Positions 1 to 9,765 are shown, numbered from the stretch's first letter. The stretch: 64,000 bases of DNA from an uncultured virus (IMG/VR IMGVR_UViG_3300031994_000078) (IMGVR_UViG_3300031994_000078:1-64000), one strand, 5' to 3'. Numbers and translations: made by a program. The notes: generated by a model not told the origin, from the letters alone.

Positions 1-492
1 ATTTAAATTTCCAACAGTTTTACCACCAAAAGCACCCATATAAGAAATACCTTTAAAACTTATTACAACTGGCTTATTATGCCATGACTGTAAAAAATTT
101 GAGCTTATACCATATGACTCACCTATTGGATTATCCCAAGTTACATCAACTGATTGTAATGCTGTTATTTTAAATGGGTCTGTAAAAGTACTAGATGTAA
201 TATTTCTTGATTGAAGAGATGTATTAATCATATTAGAATTTTTAATTTCAGCTTCAACTTTATTAAGCTCTTCTTGAACAGATTTCAAATTTTCTTGTAA
301 TGCTAATGCTCCTTCTGATTGTCCTTTATTTTGTTTATTTAAATTTACTAATTCTTCTGAAAGAATAGACTTTTCTCGCTCTAAATCTGCACGTTTAGTT
401 AAAAGCTGATCGCGATAATTCAGAACAGATGCAGGCTGAACAATTTCACCCCATAACCATAAGTTTCTAGATTTCACAGCTTGTAGTAACAT
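1..492 (-). CDS. Partial tail/baseplate-region protein (runs off window edge)
   Basis: ATG at 492 overlaps the stop of the previous gene (TAATG). Frame MLLQAVKSRNLWLWGE... is open to position 1. It follows the tape measure-like gene. Confidence 0.6.
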   Translation of the reverse strand, partial: MLLQAVKSRNLWLWGEIVQPASVLNYRDQLLTKRADLEREKSILSEELVNLNKQNKGQSEGALALQENLKSVQEELNKVEAEIKNSNMINTSLQSRNITSSTFTDPFKITALQSVDVTWDNPIGESYGISSNFLQSWHNKPVVISFKGISYMGAFGGKTVGNLN

Positions 493-2105
493 TAAGCACC
501 TCCCATATAAGAAGAATTATCTGAACCACTAAATTTATTTATATCGTTTAATTGCCCCATAGATTCATTTAATATTTCATATGCAGATTTTCTAGTACCA
601 AACCCTGCTACAGAAGCAATTTGAACTACACTTTGTAACATAGATACAAGTAACCCTATAATAGTTTGTAAAGGTTGTTCAAAGAACATTTGTTGTTGTG
701 CATAAAATTGTATCTGAGCTGCATCCTTTCCAGTTACCTGTTCTTGAGAAAATTTATGAACTGCTTGTGCAAATGTTAAATTTTTATAATCATCTGACTG
801 AAATACATCTTTACGCTCCATCATTAAATTTGCTAAATATTCTCCAGTCTCTCCTTGTAAACCACCAAAATATCCAGGAGCAAGTGTCATTAAAGTTTTT
901 GTATCTAAATTAGTGGCATTCTTTAAAGTTGTCCACATACTTGTAAGTTTATCAAATTGTTTTGTTGTTCTATAGCTATCTACTAAACCGGATAGATCTC
1001 CTCTACCAAAAGACCTGAGCCCTTGAGTTAAAGCTATAAATTGATTAAACGGTATATTCATACCAACTATAGATTGTATTTGTGATGCTAATTGTTGTGG
1101 TGATGCTTTGTCTAAAATTCCATCTGTATTTTTACCAATTAATTTAACTAATCCTACTATATCAGTTAAAGCCATAAAAATACCATTATTACTAAGTGCA
1201 TTTAACTTACTGTAGTTTGTTAGCATATTTACAATATTAGAATCGTTAAACCCTGCTAAACGTCCTTGTTGCAAAGCTTCATGTAGAAATCTAACGTTCT
1301 TTAATCCAGCATCACCACGCCCCATAAAATACTGAGAACCTACAGTACTAATCAGTTGTGCTGTTTCTTGGAATGATCTACCTAATACCATTCCTTGTGC
1401 AGCTACATAATCAAAGCTTTTAATTAATTCAGAAACTGCTGCATCTGCACTCATACCTTCTGATTGTCTTGCAAATACTGCAGATTCTAACATTGCTCTA
1501 TAAGCATTTTTATAATCTTGGCTAGCTGCAAATAAAGGAGAAGAATGCATAAAGGGATTATTTACATAACTTGCGTGTAATGTTGCAGCTCTAAACATTG
1601 CTTTAGGATCTTCCAAAGAGCCTCTATTGGAAAGCATACTTGTAGCTTTTAAATATTTTCCTCGCTCACCAATCATTTGTAGGATACTATTTAAAATGTT
1701 TACTATCAATCCAACAGCAGGAACTATTTTAGTAAGAATTACACCAAATCCTTTACTACCAGAAATAAGTAATCTTCGTGCTGTTTGATTAATAACTGCA
1801 TCACTTTTACCAGGATAAGCTTTTTTTAAAGCAGACTTTGTTAGCGCTAACCGAAACTGGTTACCTATACGATTTCCAAAATCTTTCCAACTACGTGCTG
1901 TAAGAAGATTCAATCTACCATATTTATCTTGAGTTTTTTTAATGTCACGTAATAATCTATCAGATTCTTTGGTTTTCTTACGATCTTCTCTTTCTTCTTT
2001 ACTTTCAGATAGAATCTGCTTTAAAGCATCTAACTGCTCCATATCCAATTGAAGCATACTTTTTATCTGTTCAACAATATTAGAGTCTTTATTATCTTCT
2101 GCCAT
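492..2105 (-). CDS. Probable tail tape measure protein
   Basis: 537 aa, helical and A/G/L/S-rich, directly downstream of a frameshifted chaperone pair (canonical synteny). Confidence 0.6.
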   Translation of the reverse strand: MAEDNKDSNIVEQIKSMLQLDMEQLDALKQILSESKEEREDRKKTKESDRLLRDIKKTQDKYGRLNLLTARSWKDFGNRIGNQFRLALTKSALKKAYPGKSDAVINQTARRLLISGSKGFGVILTKIVPAVGLIVNILNSILQMIGERGKYLKATSMLSNRGSLEDPKAMFRAATLHASYVNNPFMHSSPLFAASQDYKNAYRAMLESAVFARQSEGMSADAAVSELIKSFDYVAAQGMVLGRSFQETAQLISTVGSQYFMGRGDAGLKNVRFLHEALQQGRLAGFNDSNIVNMLTNYSKLNALSNNGIFMALTDIVGLVKLIGKNTDGILDKASPQQLASQIQSIVGMNIPFNQFIALTQGLRSFGRGDLSGLVDSYRTTKQFDKLTSMWTTLKNATNLDTKTLMTLAPGYFGGLQGETGEYLANLMMERKDVFQSDDYKNLTFAQAVHKFSQEQVTGKDAAQIQFYAQQQMFFEQPLQTIIGLLVSMLQSVVQIASVAGFGTRKSAYEILNESMGQLNDINKFSGSDNSSYMGGA

Positions 2106-2107
2106 AA

Positions 2108-2802
2108 TTATTTACCTACTGTTTTTTTAGATTTTTTTATTTTACTTAATTGACTCTGTACCATTTTTTCAAAATCTTTATCACTTGTACTTGCTTGAAC
2201 TACAGACGTACCTGGTTTTTTACCAAGCTTATCTATTTCTTTTTTCATTAATTCAGAATCATTCTGTATATTAGTTAGTATCCAATTTATTTGTATTGTA
2301 GATAAATCTTTCACCAATGGATCGTTTGGCAATACATGAAAAGTTTTACATATTTGCCATAAAGAAATGCTTATATTGCTAGAAATTAATTTTTTTTTAT
2401 AGTATCATCGTTGAAAAGATTATTAATACTCTGTTCATTTTCAACATAAGCATTATAGGCTTTATCTATAAAAAGAGGGGGGAGTTGTAAAAGCAGTTTA
2501 TGTAATGTAGTTTTAGATTCCATTGAACTGAAATCTGTATCATTTATTTTTGTAATTGCATATACTAAAATAGGAACTTTACTAGCTTCCATTAAAAGAT
2601 AAAGTGAGTTATTTAAATCTTCTTCATTAACCTTATCATCTATTTTAGGTAATTTAATTAATTTAGAATACTTTTCTCTATCATCTTGGGTTAAATTTTT
2701 TAAAGTAATTTTTATACCATCAATAATTTGTACTTCTTTTTCAACTGTACCTTGTTTAATTAAATTTAAAATTGCAGTGTCTGTTAATTCAAACTTTTCC
2801 AT
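2108..2802 (-). CDS. Tail assembly chaperone, -1 frameshift-extended form (gpGT-like)
   Basis: The -1 frame is open from the A9 run (2390-2398) through LISSNISISLWQICKTFHVLPNDP... to the stop at 2108. It includes the 74-aa ORF track call. Confidence 0.75.
2386..2802 (-). CDS. Tail assembly chaperone (gpG-like)
   Basis: 138 aa with AGGAG RBS, located between tube genes and tape measure. Ends ATA AAA AAA AAT TAA. Confidence 0.75.
   Translation of the reverse strand: MEKFELTDTAILNLIKQGTVEKEVQIIDGIKITLKNLTQDDREKYSKLIKLPKIDDKVNEEDLNNSLYLLMEASKVPILVYAITKINDTDFSSMESKTTLHKLLLQLPPLFIDKAYNAYVENEQSINNLFNDDTIKKN
2388..2398 (-). other. Programmed -1 ribosomal frameshift slippery site (A9)
   Basis: A AAA AAA AAT immediately before the stop; the -1 frame joins the downstream ORF. 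Confidence 0.7.
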
Positions 2803-2825
2803 TTTTTTCTCCTTTTCATTTTTCT

Positions 2826-3515
2826 TTAAAATGTTATTGATGTTGGTAAAACAGAAGCAACTGAAGATGTTAACATTCTACTTAGGTTTGGCTCAAATGT
2901 TTCTACTCTACCTACATCTACGTTTACATCTTGTTTAACTAATATATTTCCTGCATTTTGTAAATTATAAGAAATTGGATTATCTTTAATCCAACAGTTC
3001 CAATAATATGTTATTGATGTAACTTGTTTTCCTGATGTATCCCAGCCATCTACTCCGCTATGATCATAATTAATAACTTGAATATGTATTGGTTTTTGTT
3101 GGTATAAAACATTTCCGCTAGTCATTCCAAATAAACCTAAGAACTCACCATTTGTTTCCAAAGTCTTTGTAATTTCTGCAATCTGTGAAGATTTAATTCC
3201 AAAAGATTCTAACTGTTGTGTCATTGGAAAACCGTAAGTATCTTTATATAATACAATCTTTGTAAGTGTTAATGTAGTTTCTATTTGACCAGGAATAATA
3301 TCTAAAGGTTCGAATGCGTGTTTACCTAAACTATAACGCCTTGTATTACGTCTATCGTTTCTTCTTTCTAAACGTTCAATTGTCCCTATTGCTGCAGTTA
3401 GAGGAACTGTAAGATCTACACCTGCAATTTTTGTAGCAATAGGTAATACTACAAATATATCTGTTGCTGTAGCTAACATTCCTTCTGTATATGGTAAAGA
3501 ACTTCTATCTGCCAT
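2826..3515 (-). CDS. Tail tube-like protein (paralog 3)
   Basis: Shares the IG.I..LE.R..R...PG...L.L.KIVLY and C-terminal W..DN pattern with 3528-4130 and 5538-6122. Confidence 0.55.
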   Translation of the reverse strand: MADRSSLPYTEGMLATATDIFVVLPIATKIAGVDLTVPLTAAIGTIERLERRNDRRNTRRYSLGKHAFEPLDIIPGQIETTLTLTKIVLYKDTYGFPMTQQLESFGIKSSQIAEITKTLETNGEFLGLFGMTSGNVLYQQKPIHIQVINYDHSGVDGWDTSGKQVTSITYYWNCWIKDNPISYNLQNAGNILVKQDVNVDVGRVETFEPNLSRMLTSSVASVLPTSITF

Positions 3516-3527
3516 TTAACACCTCAA

Positions 3528-4130
3528 TTATATTCTGGTATCTGTTTCAATCAAACCTGTTTTTGTTGAAATAACACCTGTAGCTATACAATTTACTCTC
3601 TGTATAATCATCATATCATTTGCTCTCTCAATAGAGAAATCCATATTATTATTGTCAAACCATACACCATAAATCATTATTGTTTTCGCACCTGTAGTTA
3701 AAGTCTTTCCGCCTTCACCCGCTCTTTCAACACCAGGAACATTTACATAAATCATTAACGGGGAATTTTGTTTCATAATATCATATGATTTACTATAGCC
3801 AAATGCTTGTGCAATTGTTGATTCATATAAAACTACTCTCTCTAATTCCAATGAATACTCTGGTAAACCAGGAACAACTTCAACAGGTCTACCTGCAGTA
3901 TCTATATTCAATTCTCTTCTATATTCTGCTTCTCTTTTTGTAATAATTTTAATTCTTTGTATCGCACCTACAGGTTTGTTCACATCTATTTTACTAACTA
4001 AATTATTAATTATATTCTCTTGAGTTTTAAAAGTTGATCTCATTATAGTCCATGGAGCTGCATAAAGAGTAGCATATATCCTCGGGCGCATCTCTAGATC
4101 ACGAAGTATATCATCTTGTTCTGCTGCCAT
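3528..4130 (-). CDS. Tail tube-like protein (paralog 2)
   Basis: GAIQ...RELNIDTAGRPVEVVPGLPEYSLELERVVLY, clearly paralogous to 5538-6122. Confidence 0.6.
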   Translation of the reverse strand: MAAEQDDILRDLEMRPRIYATLYAAPWTIMRSTFKTQENIINNLVSKIDVNKPVGAIQRIKIITKREAEYRRELNIDTAGRPVEVVPGLPEYSLELERVVLYESTIAQAFGYSKSYDIMKQNSPLMIYVNVPGVERAGEGGKTLTTGAKTIMIYGVWFDNNNMDFSIERANDMMIIQRVNCIATGVISTKTGLIETDTRI

Positions 4131-4142
4131 ATGTTTATCCTC

Positions 4143-5387
4143 CTAATTAATTTTATTTATAAAGTCTTCTACTTCTTTTAAATTCCAAAATACTTTATAA
4201 TTTAAGCTATTTTCTCTAGCTATTTTTAATTTTTGTGGATCTAATATAGTCCACACATATATTGCATTTATGTAAAATTGTATACCCTTACTTTTCCAAA
4301 ACTCTAATATCTTCTGATGTTCTAAATTATCTTTATCGAATGACTCAGGACCGTGTGTAAAGTGTCCATTATACTCAATATATAAGTCTTTTGATTTAAT
4401 ATAAAAGTCACAACGATATGGATAAACTTTTGACCTATATTGACGTTCTATATCATCTTTAGTGAATTTAGTTAAGAGAAGTTGGTAAACTTTTTCTTCT
4501 GGTTCTGATGTACTAAATGTATTATTCCGTTTCTTTGTATTATATATTCTCTCTTGAATTTCATTAATTCGTAATCTATAATCTTTAGACTTCATATAAC
4601 TACTTACACCATAACGTTTTAAACAAGTTTGCTTAGATTTTTGTTTATTCTCTTCCAATTGCAAATTTGTCTCTACACCATACTTTTCTAAATAACTTTG
4701 CCTAACTTTATTTTTAAAATCTTCAGATTTATTTTTATGTATATTTGCACAACTAATACAACAAAATTTTCCATACCCATTTATATCTGAAAACTTAATT
4801 TGCTTTCCACACTGCTTACAAGTAAAAACTTTATCTAGAGGAATATTTTTATGTAGCCTATAACGTAATTCAGATTTTGTTAAGTTATATCTATTAAGAA
4901 TATCTTTTACTTCCTGAACTGTAAAATACTTCTCCAAGTCTTGTAACTTCACTTTTCTATGTTTACGTATATAATCTTTCAATCCTTGAAAATTTAACTG
5001 TATTGGTTTTTTATTAAGACGTTTTTGCTTACGTGTTTCTAATAATTTATCTTTACAAACTTGTGTTTTTAAATAATTATCTACACCATATTTCTTTAAA
5101 CAAGTTTGTTTGCATCTATCTTTATAAACTTCTGTTTTACTATAATTGTCAACACCATATTTCTCTAAGCAGGCTTGCTTTACCTTATCTCTATGTTCCA
5201 GGGACTTATTTATTATTGTCAAAGTACAAACTTTTGAACAAGCTGTAATAATATTCTTACCAACTTTTAAATACTTTATACGCGTTTTAATTTGCTTATC
5301 TGTATAATGAAATATTTTACCACAACATTGACAGACCTGTTCTTTAAATAATTCTGGAAATTGTTCTTTGACTTCCTGTTTACACAT
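4143..5387 (-). CDS. Free-standing homing-type endonuclease: Zn ribbons + 23-aa KQTCLEKYGV repeats + C-terminal PD-(D/E)XK/Vsr-like domain
   Basis: CxxC pairs, 4 repeats, C-terminal YPYRCDFYIKSKDLYIEYNGHFTH motif. Inserted between tail genes. Confidence 0.7.
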   Translation of the reverse strand: MCKQEVKEQFPELFKEQVCQCCGKIFHYTDKQIKTRIKYLKVGKNIITACSKVCTLTIINKSLEHRDKVKQACLEKYGVDNYSKTEVYKDRCKQTCLKKYGVDNYLKTQVCKDKLLETRKQKRLNKKPIQLNFQGLKDYIRKHRKVKLQDLEKYFTVQEVKDILNRYNLTKSELRYRLHKNIPLDKVFTCKQCGKQIKFSDINGYGKFCCISCANIHKNKSEDFKNKVRQSYLEKYGVETNLQLEENKQKSKQTCLKRYGVSSYMKSKDYRLRINEIQERIYNTKKRNNTFSTSEPEEKVYQLLLTKFTKDDIERQYRSKVYPYRCDFYIKSKDLYIEYNGHFTHGPESFDKDNLEHQKILEFWKSKGIQFYINAIYVWTILDPQKLKIARENSLNYKVFWNLKEVEDFINKIN

Positions 5388-5388
5388 A

Positions 5389-5474
5389 TTATTTATCCTC
5401 CGATAAATAACTCAAAACAAAATATGGCAGGAGTGTGAGTTGCACTCTTTTCCCGTTGCAATCGGTAGCCATAT
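5389..5474 (-). ncRNA. Structured leader RNA, copy A (3-way junction + pseudoknot + RBS hairpin)
   Basis: ATATGGC-TA-CCG(7)CGG-GAAAA-GAGTG-CAACTCA-CACTC-CT-GCCATAT...TGAGTT-ATTTATC-GGAG-GATAAAT. Stems covary with copy B at 7390-7475. Confidence 0.75.
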
Positions 5475-5493
5475 AAACCTTATATTAAGTATG

Positions 5494-5514
5494 ATTATGA
5501 TTATTTTGTCAAGG
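5494..5514 (-). promoter_or_regulatory. Compact late-promoter-like motif CCTTGACA-N5-ATCATAAT
   Basis: ccttgaca aaata atcataat; one of 8 copies. Confidence 0.7.
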
Positions 5515-5537
5515 ATGGTTTTTGAAGATTTACAATA

Positions 5538-6122
5538 TCATCTGTTTCCAACAATTCCTGCAGCACGAGCTCTGCAATTCTGTATTATTTTAATATCATC
5601 AACATTATCGACACCAAATTCAATGTTGGAATCCAAAAACCAAACACCGTAAATATACCAGGTTTTTGTTAATAACTGATCGCTACTTGTTTTATCTTCA
5701 TCATCAGGGCAAATTAAATTTATTTTTATTAATAAAGGTCTTGTCTGTTTCGATATATCTAAACTATCATCTACATCTGAATAAAATTCATCTGATACCA
5801 TTGAATCATAAAGAACAATTCTATCTAAAGACAAATCATAGCCAGGTAACCCAGGATAAGATTCTACCGGTCTACCTGCAGTTTTATAATCAAGTTCTCT
5901 CCAAATATTTAATTGTCTTTCATTTGTAATCTCTAAATTTTGGATTGCACCAATCTGTTTTCCATTAGCAGCAGCTTCAACAAGTCTATTATATAATTCT
6001 GTAGGTTTTGTAAAATCTGTACCTGTAAAATTAAATGGCACACTATATATTTCTATATAGGCTTTGTATGCTGTTTTTAAACCCTTTATTAGACTGTTTT
6101 TATAATCTCCAGTAACTGCCAT
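5538..6122 (-). CDS. Tail tube protein (paralog 1)
   Basis: First structural gene after the sheath (one endonuclease gene in between). IGAIQNLEITNER...RELD...GRPVESYPG motif. Confidence 0.65.
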   Translation of the reverse strand: MAVTGDYKNSLIKGLKTAYKAYIEIYSVPFNFTGTDFTKPTELYNRLVEAAANGKQIGAIQNLEITNERQLNIWRELDYKTAGRPVESYPGLPGYDLSLDRIVLYDSMVSDEFYSDVDDSLDISKQTRPLLIKINLICPDDEDKTSSDQLLTKTWYIYGVWFLDSNIEFGVDNVDDIKIIQNCRARAAGIVGNR

Positions 6123-6134
6123 ATATTATCCTCC

Positions 6135-7388
6135 TTAATTAATTTTTCTAATCCAATCTTCAACTTCCTCTATATTCCAAAATATCTTGTAATTCAATTT
6201 ATTCTTTTTAAATGTTTCTAATTTTCTCGCATCTAAATCTGTCCAAACATAGATTGCAGTTCGAAAGAACTTGCTTTTTTTAGATTTAACTTGCCAACTG
6301 CTCAATATATTAAGATGTTCTAAATTATTCTTATCAAAAGATTCTTTTCCGTGTGTCCAATGCCCATTATATTCAATATATAAATCTAGGCTCTTAATAT
6401 AAAAATCACATTGATAAGGATATAATTCATTTTTATATTGTCTAATAATATCTTCTTTACCAAACTTAGTTAATAATAGTTGATACGTTTTTTCTTCAAA
6501 TTTAGATTTATTATATGTATTATTTTGCTTCTTAGTACTCCATTGTTTCTCTAAGATTATAGCTTTATGTTCTTTATAGAAATCCCTATATTCTTGAGTT
6601 TGTGTATAATTTTCTACACCATATCTTTCTAGGTTTGTTTTGCGCTGCTTTTCATTAATCTTTTCCACATCTAATTTATATTTCTTTGATTTCTGAAAAC
6701 TCGTTGCTCCAAACTTATCTAAACAGGTCTGCTTTACCTTATCTTTATATTCTTTGGTTTGTGAATAATAATCTACACCATACTTATCTTTACATGTCTG
6801 GTTTGATTTTTTAATATAGTCGTCTGTCTGCGTGTAATGTTTTTTTCCGAAATTCTCCAAGTTTGTTAATTCTCTTTGCTGTTGAATCAAATATTTATTG
6901 TCCTGCATATATTTTCTATGCTGATCTGATTGAGAATAATATTCAGTTCCATACTTCTCTAAGCATGTCTGTTTATATTTATCTTTATAATCTTGTGTTT
7001 TTAAATAACTATCTACACCATATTTATTTAAACATGTTTGTTTTATTTTATCTCGACATTCTTTTGTTTTTGCATAACTTGTAGTATTATATTTTCTTAA
7101 ACAAGTTTGTTTAACTTTATTTACATGTTCTTGTGATTTATTCATACAACTCATTGAACAATATGTTTGATATCCACCATGCGTACGTTTAAATTTAATA
7201 ATCTTTCCACAAGTTTTACATTTGAATACTTTATCAAAAGAAATATCATGTTTAATTCTATAACATAATTCTTTTATGGATAACTTATAAAAAATTGCTG
7301 TAGCTTCAACTTCTTTCGTTATGTATTTTTTTATAACTTTGTTATAAAATTGTTTATGACTTTTTATATACTTAACTAATTCTTCCAT
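6135..7388 (-). CDS. Free-standing homing-type endonuclease with 23-aa repeats and PD-(D/E)XK/Vsr-like domain
   Basis: CKTCG/YCSMSC Zn ribbon, 7 repeats, YPYQCDFYIKSLDLYIEYNGHWTH. Confidence 0.7.
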   Translation of the reverse strand: MEELVKYIKSHKQFYNKVIKKYITKEVEATAIFYKLSIKELCYRIKHDISFDKVFKCKTCGKIIKFKRTHGGYQTYCSMSCMNKSQEHVNKVKQTCLRKYNTTSYAKTKECRDKIKQTCLNKYGVDSYLKTQDYKDKYKQTCLEKYGTEYYSQSDQHRKYMQDNKYLIQQQRELTNLENFGKKHYTQTDDYIKKSNQTCKDKYGVDYYSQTKEYKDKVKQTCLDKFGATSFQKSKKYKLDVEKINEKQRKTNLERYGVENYTQTQEYRDFYKEHKAIILEKQWSTKKQNNTYNKSKFEEKTYQLLLTKFGKEDIIRQYKNELYPYQCDFYIKSLDLYIEYNGHWTHGKESFDKNNLEHLNILSSWQVKSKKSKFFRTAIYVWTDLDARKLETFKKNKLNYKIFWNIEEVEDWIRKIN

Positions 7389-7389
7389 C

Positions 7390-7475
7390 TCTATACTCCT
7401 ATAGATTAACTCAATTTTTATATTTACGGCAGGGTAGTGAGTTGCTACCTTTTCGGTTGATCTGACCTAGCCGTA
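7390..7475 (-). ncRNA. Structured leader RNA, copy B
   Basis: TACGGC-TA-GGT(7)ACC-GAAAA-GGTAG-CAACTCA-CTACC-CT-GCCGTA...TGAGTT-AA-TCTATA-GGAG-TATAGA-G-ATG. Confidence 0.75.
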
Positions 7476-7488
7476 TTTATTTTTAATA

Positions 7489-9543
7489 TTAAGCGTTTTG
7501 GAAAGTTACTCCGAATGTTACTAAAATGTAGTTAACATCAGGTGTTGGATATATTCTAAATGATACATTAATTTGATTTGGATAATTTTGATCTTGCGCA
7601 ATTACTAAGTTCGTATACGAATAAATATCGTTGTTTGCTAGGAAACTTGAAAGTATAGTATTAACTGTAGCTGTCATTTCTGATATTGTAGCTGCTCCAA
7701 CAAATCTTGTATTTATATATGCTTTATCTAAAGCAAGTCTTAATGTATTTGATATAACGTCTTTTATTTTTGTAATCTTAATTTCAGATTTTACATAATC
7801 ACCTGTAGATGTTGAGAGTGCATGTCTTATTTTTGCTACTGATGTTCCTTCTGCGCCTTCAAGAACTAAACATCCATAAGATGCTAATACATTCTTTTCT
7901 TCTCTTGTATACCTATCATTTACAGTAACATTCGATAATGTTTTACCTGTTATAGGTTCACCACAAGTAAAGTTATTATTACAGATAATACCAGCAATAG
8001 CTGCTGCAGCATACATACCATTAGCAACTGCTACTGTTCCTGTATCTAACGTAACCGATACTTGACCTGGTGTTACATAAACAACTCTTGCAGAATTTGC
8101 AGACGCAGCATCTTTTTTATAAGTTTCAATTGCGGTATCATAATCTTCCGTTTCAATTAAAGCGTTATTTGAAACAATCGCAATTCTTTCTTTTCTTTCA
8201 AGAGTTGAACTCATATTCTCAACATGTGTTTTGCACATACTTATAATCTGAGCCATCGTTATACTGTTATCAGGATCGTTCTCAATTTCAAACGGTGATA
8301 TCATAGGCAATATACAATATGCATTTATTTTAGTAGCTTGTCTAAGAGCAGTAGATAATCCAGCTGCATCTATAAGTCCAGTTGTTTCATTAACTTCAGG
8401 CTGAATACAATAGAAAACTCTTGCACCATTATCATAAGCAACTTGTGCACCTGCAGAAATTGTATTCTCAGCAGAAGGCTCACCATAAACAGAATAAATA
8501 CTTGAGAGTCTTGTATAAGATTTTGGTTCTCTATCTGCAGTATTTTTTGCTACTGTATAACTAACTGTGATTTTATACTTCCCATCTGGACCTTCAACTG
8601 GCATATCCCCATCTGGAGCTTTCCATAATAATACAGAATTTTCTACTGCAAAAAAATCTTTCTCTGAATTATCATAAACTCTACTACTTATTGCATCTAC
8701 AGCTTCAGAAGGTGCTACTACAATTTCTGGTTGCAATTGTGCAGAATAATAAGTAGCATTAGGATCTACAATTTTCCAATTCGTATTTAAATAATTTATA
8801 TTTGCTTCACTAGGTGAAGTATGATCTTTTATACATTCATAAAATAAAGCATTTAAATATATAAAATCTCCAACAACATAATCTGTTTCAGGAGTCCATA
8901 CTTTATAATGTATCGTTGTTTCTTCTGTATCAGTACTTATCCAATAATCAAATATAGCTTCATCTACTCCGTCTTCTAAAACACTAGCATTTTCATCTAA
9001 CCATGGAGTTACTAAACTACTTACTGCTACATCTTCTGTAATCTCAGAAGCGTTAGCTTCTAACCAATCAGCAACAGGTTCGGTAACTGTACCTGCAGTT
9101 GTAACACTATAATATTTATCATTATAAAATAATATATCACCTACTTCACAAGTAGTTCCATCTTCAGGATCTATTGCTGCTGGGATAGTTCCTTCTGAAT
9201 TAACAATATAATAACTTTCTCCAAAACTTATTACTTGTGATTGACTATAAAACTCTCCTGGTATAGCTTGTGCAGCTTCAGGTGTACTCGTTGTTGTAAC
9301 TTTATAATAAGTATCATTGTAATAAACTATAGAACCTGCTTCATATTCTGTACCAATTACAGGTACAGTAGGTCTTTCAATTGGAGGTAATAACTCCAAT
9401 AGTTCATTACTTATTGATTTTGTTTCTTTACCTTTACCGATAATACATACAGATAATAAACCTGTATTAACGTCTGTAGATATATCGTCATTGATTACGA
9501 CATATGTACCTGGCTCTGTGTAATTATTTGTAAATGATGGCAT
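7489..9543 (-). CDS. Contractile tail sheath protein with inserted CBM5/12-like repeats
   Basis: N-terminal YTEPGTYV motif; C-terminal sheath-type ...QINVSFRIYPTPDVNYILVTF; central Y..G..V.YN..YY repeats. Confidence 0.85.
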   Translation of the reverse strand: MPSFTNNYTEPGTYVVINDDISTDVNTGLLSVCIIGKGKETKSISNELLELLPPIERPTVPVIGTEYEAGSIVYYNDTYYKVTTTSTPEAAQAIPGEFYSQSQVISFGESYYIVNSEGTIPAAIDPEDGTTCEVGDILFYNDKYYSVTTAGTVTEPVADWLEANASEITEDVAVSSLVTPWLDENASVLEDGVDEAIFDYWISTDTEETTIHYKVWTPETDYVVGDFIYLNALFYECIKDHTSPSEANINYLNTNWKIVDPNATYYSAQLQPEIVVAPSEAVDAISSRVYDNSEKDFFAVENSVLLWKAPDGDMPVEGPDGKYKITVSYTVAKNTADREPKSYTRLSSIYSVYGEPSAENTISAGAQVAYDNGARVFYCIQPEVNETTGLIDAAGLSTALRQATKINAYCILPMISPFEIENDPDNSITMAQIISMCKTHVENMSSTLERKERIAIVSNNALIETEDYDTAIETYKKDAASANSARVVYVTPGQVSVTLDTGTVAVANGMYAAAAIAGIICNNNFTCGEPITGKTLSNVTVNDRYTREEKNVLASYGCLVLEGAEGTSVAKIRHALSTSTGDYVKSEIKITKIKDVISNTLRLALDKAYINTRFVGAATISEMTATVNTILSSFLANNDIYSYTNLVIAQDQNYPNQINVSFRIYPTPDVNYILVTFGVTFQNA

Positions 9544-9558
9544 TTATATATCCTCCAA

Positions 9559-9765
9559 TTAATAAATTTTTATTATTCTAATTAATTTTTTTCCTGCATA
9601 TTCTTTAACTTGCTTTGTATAAGCTACAACCTTGATCTCATTTGTTTTCAAATTAAAGTCTTTATAACATAAATCTCCAAACGTAATATTTTGTATTAAC
9701 GCTTGTTTAACAGTAGGTTGTATTGTAGAAACAGACTCAACCACTTTACTTTTCCTTCTAACCAT
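9559..9765 (-). CDS. Small hypothetical virion-cluster protein (start revised to MVRRKSK)
   Basis: GGAGGAG RBS before the ATG at 9765; overlaps the IscB stop. Confidence 0.55.
   Translation of the reverse strand: MVRRKSKVVESVSTIQPTVKQALIQNITFGDLCYKDFNLKTNEIKVVAYTKQVKEYAGKKLIRIIKIY

Noticed and set aside
5440..5652. 70-aa + strand ORF across the tube/endonuclease gap
   Set aside because: It overlaps the structured RNA and promoter motif and has no RBS.
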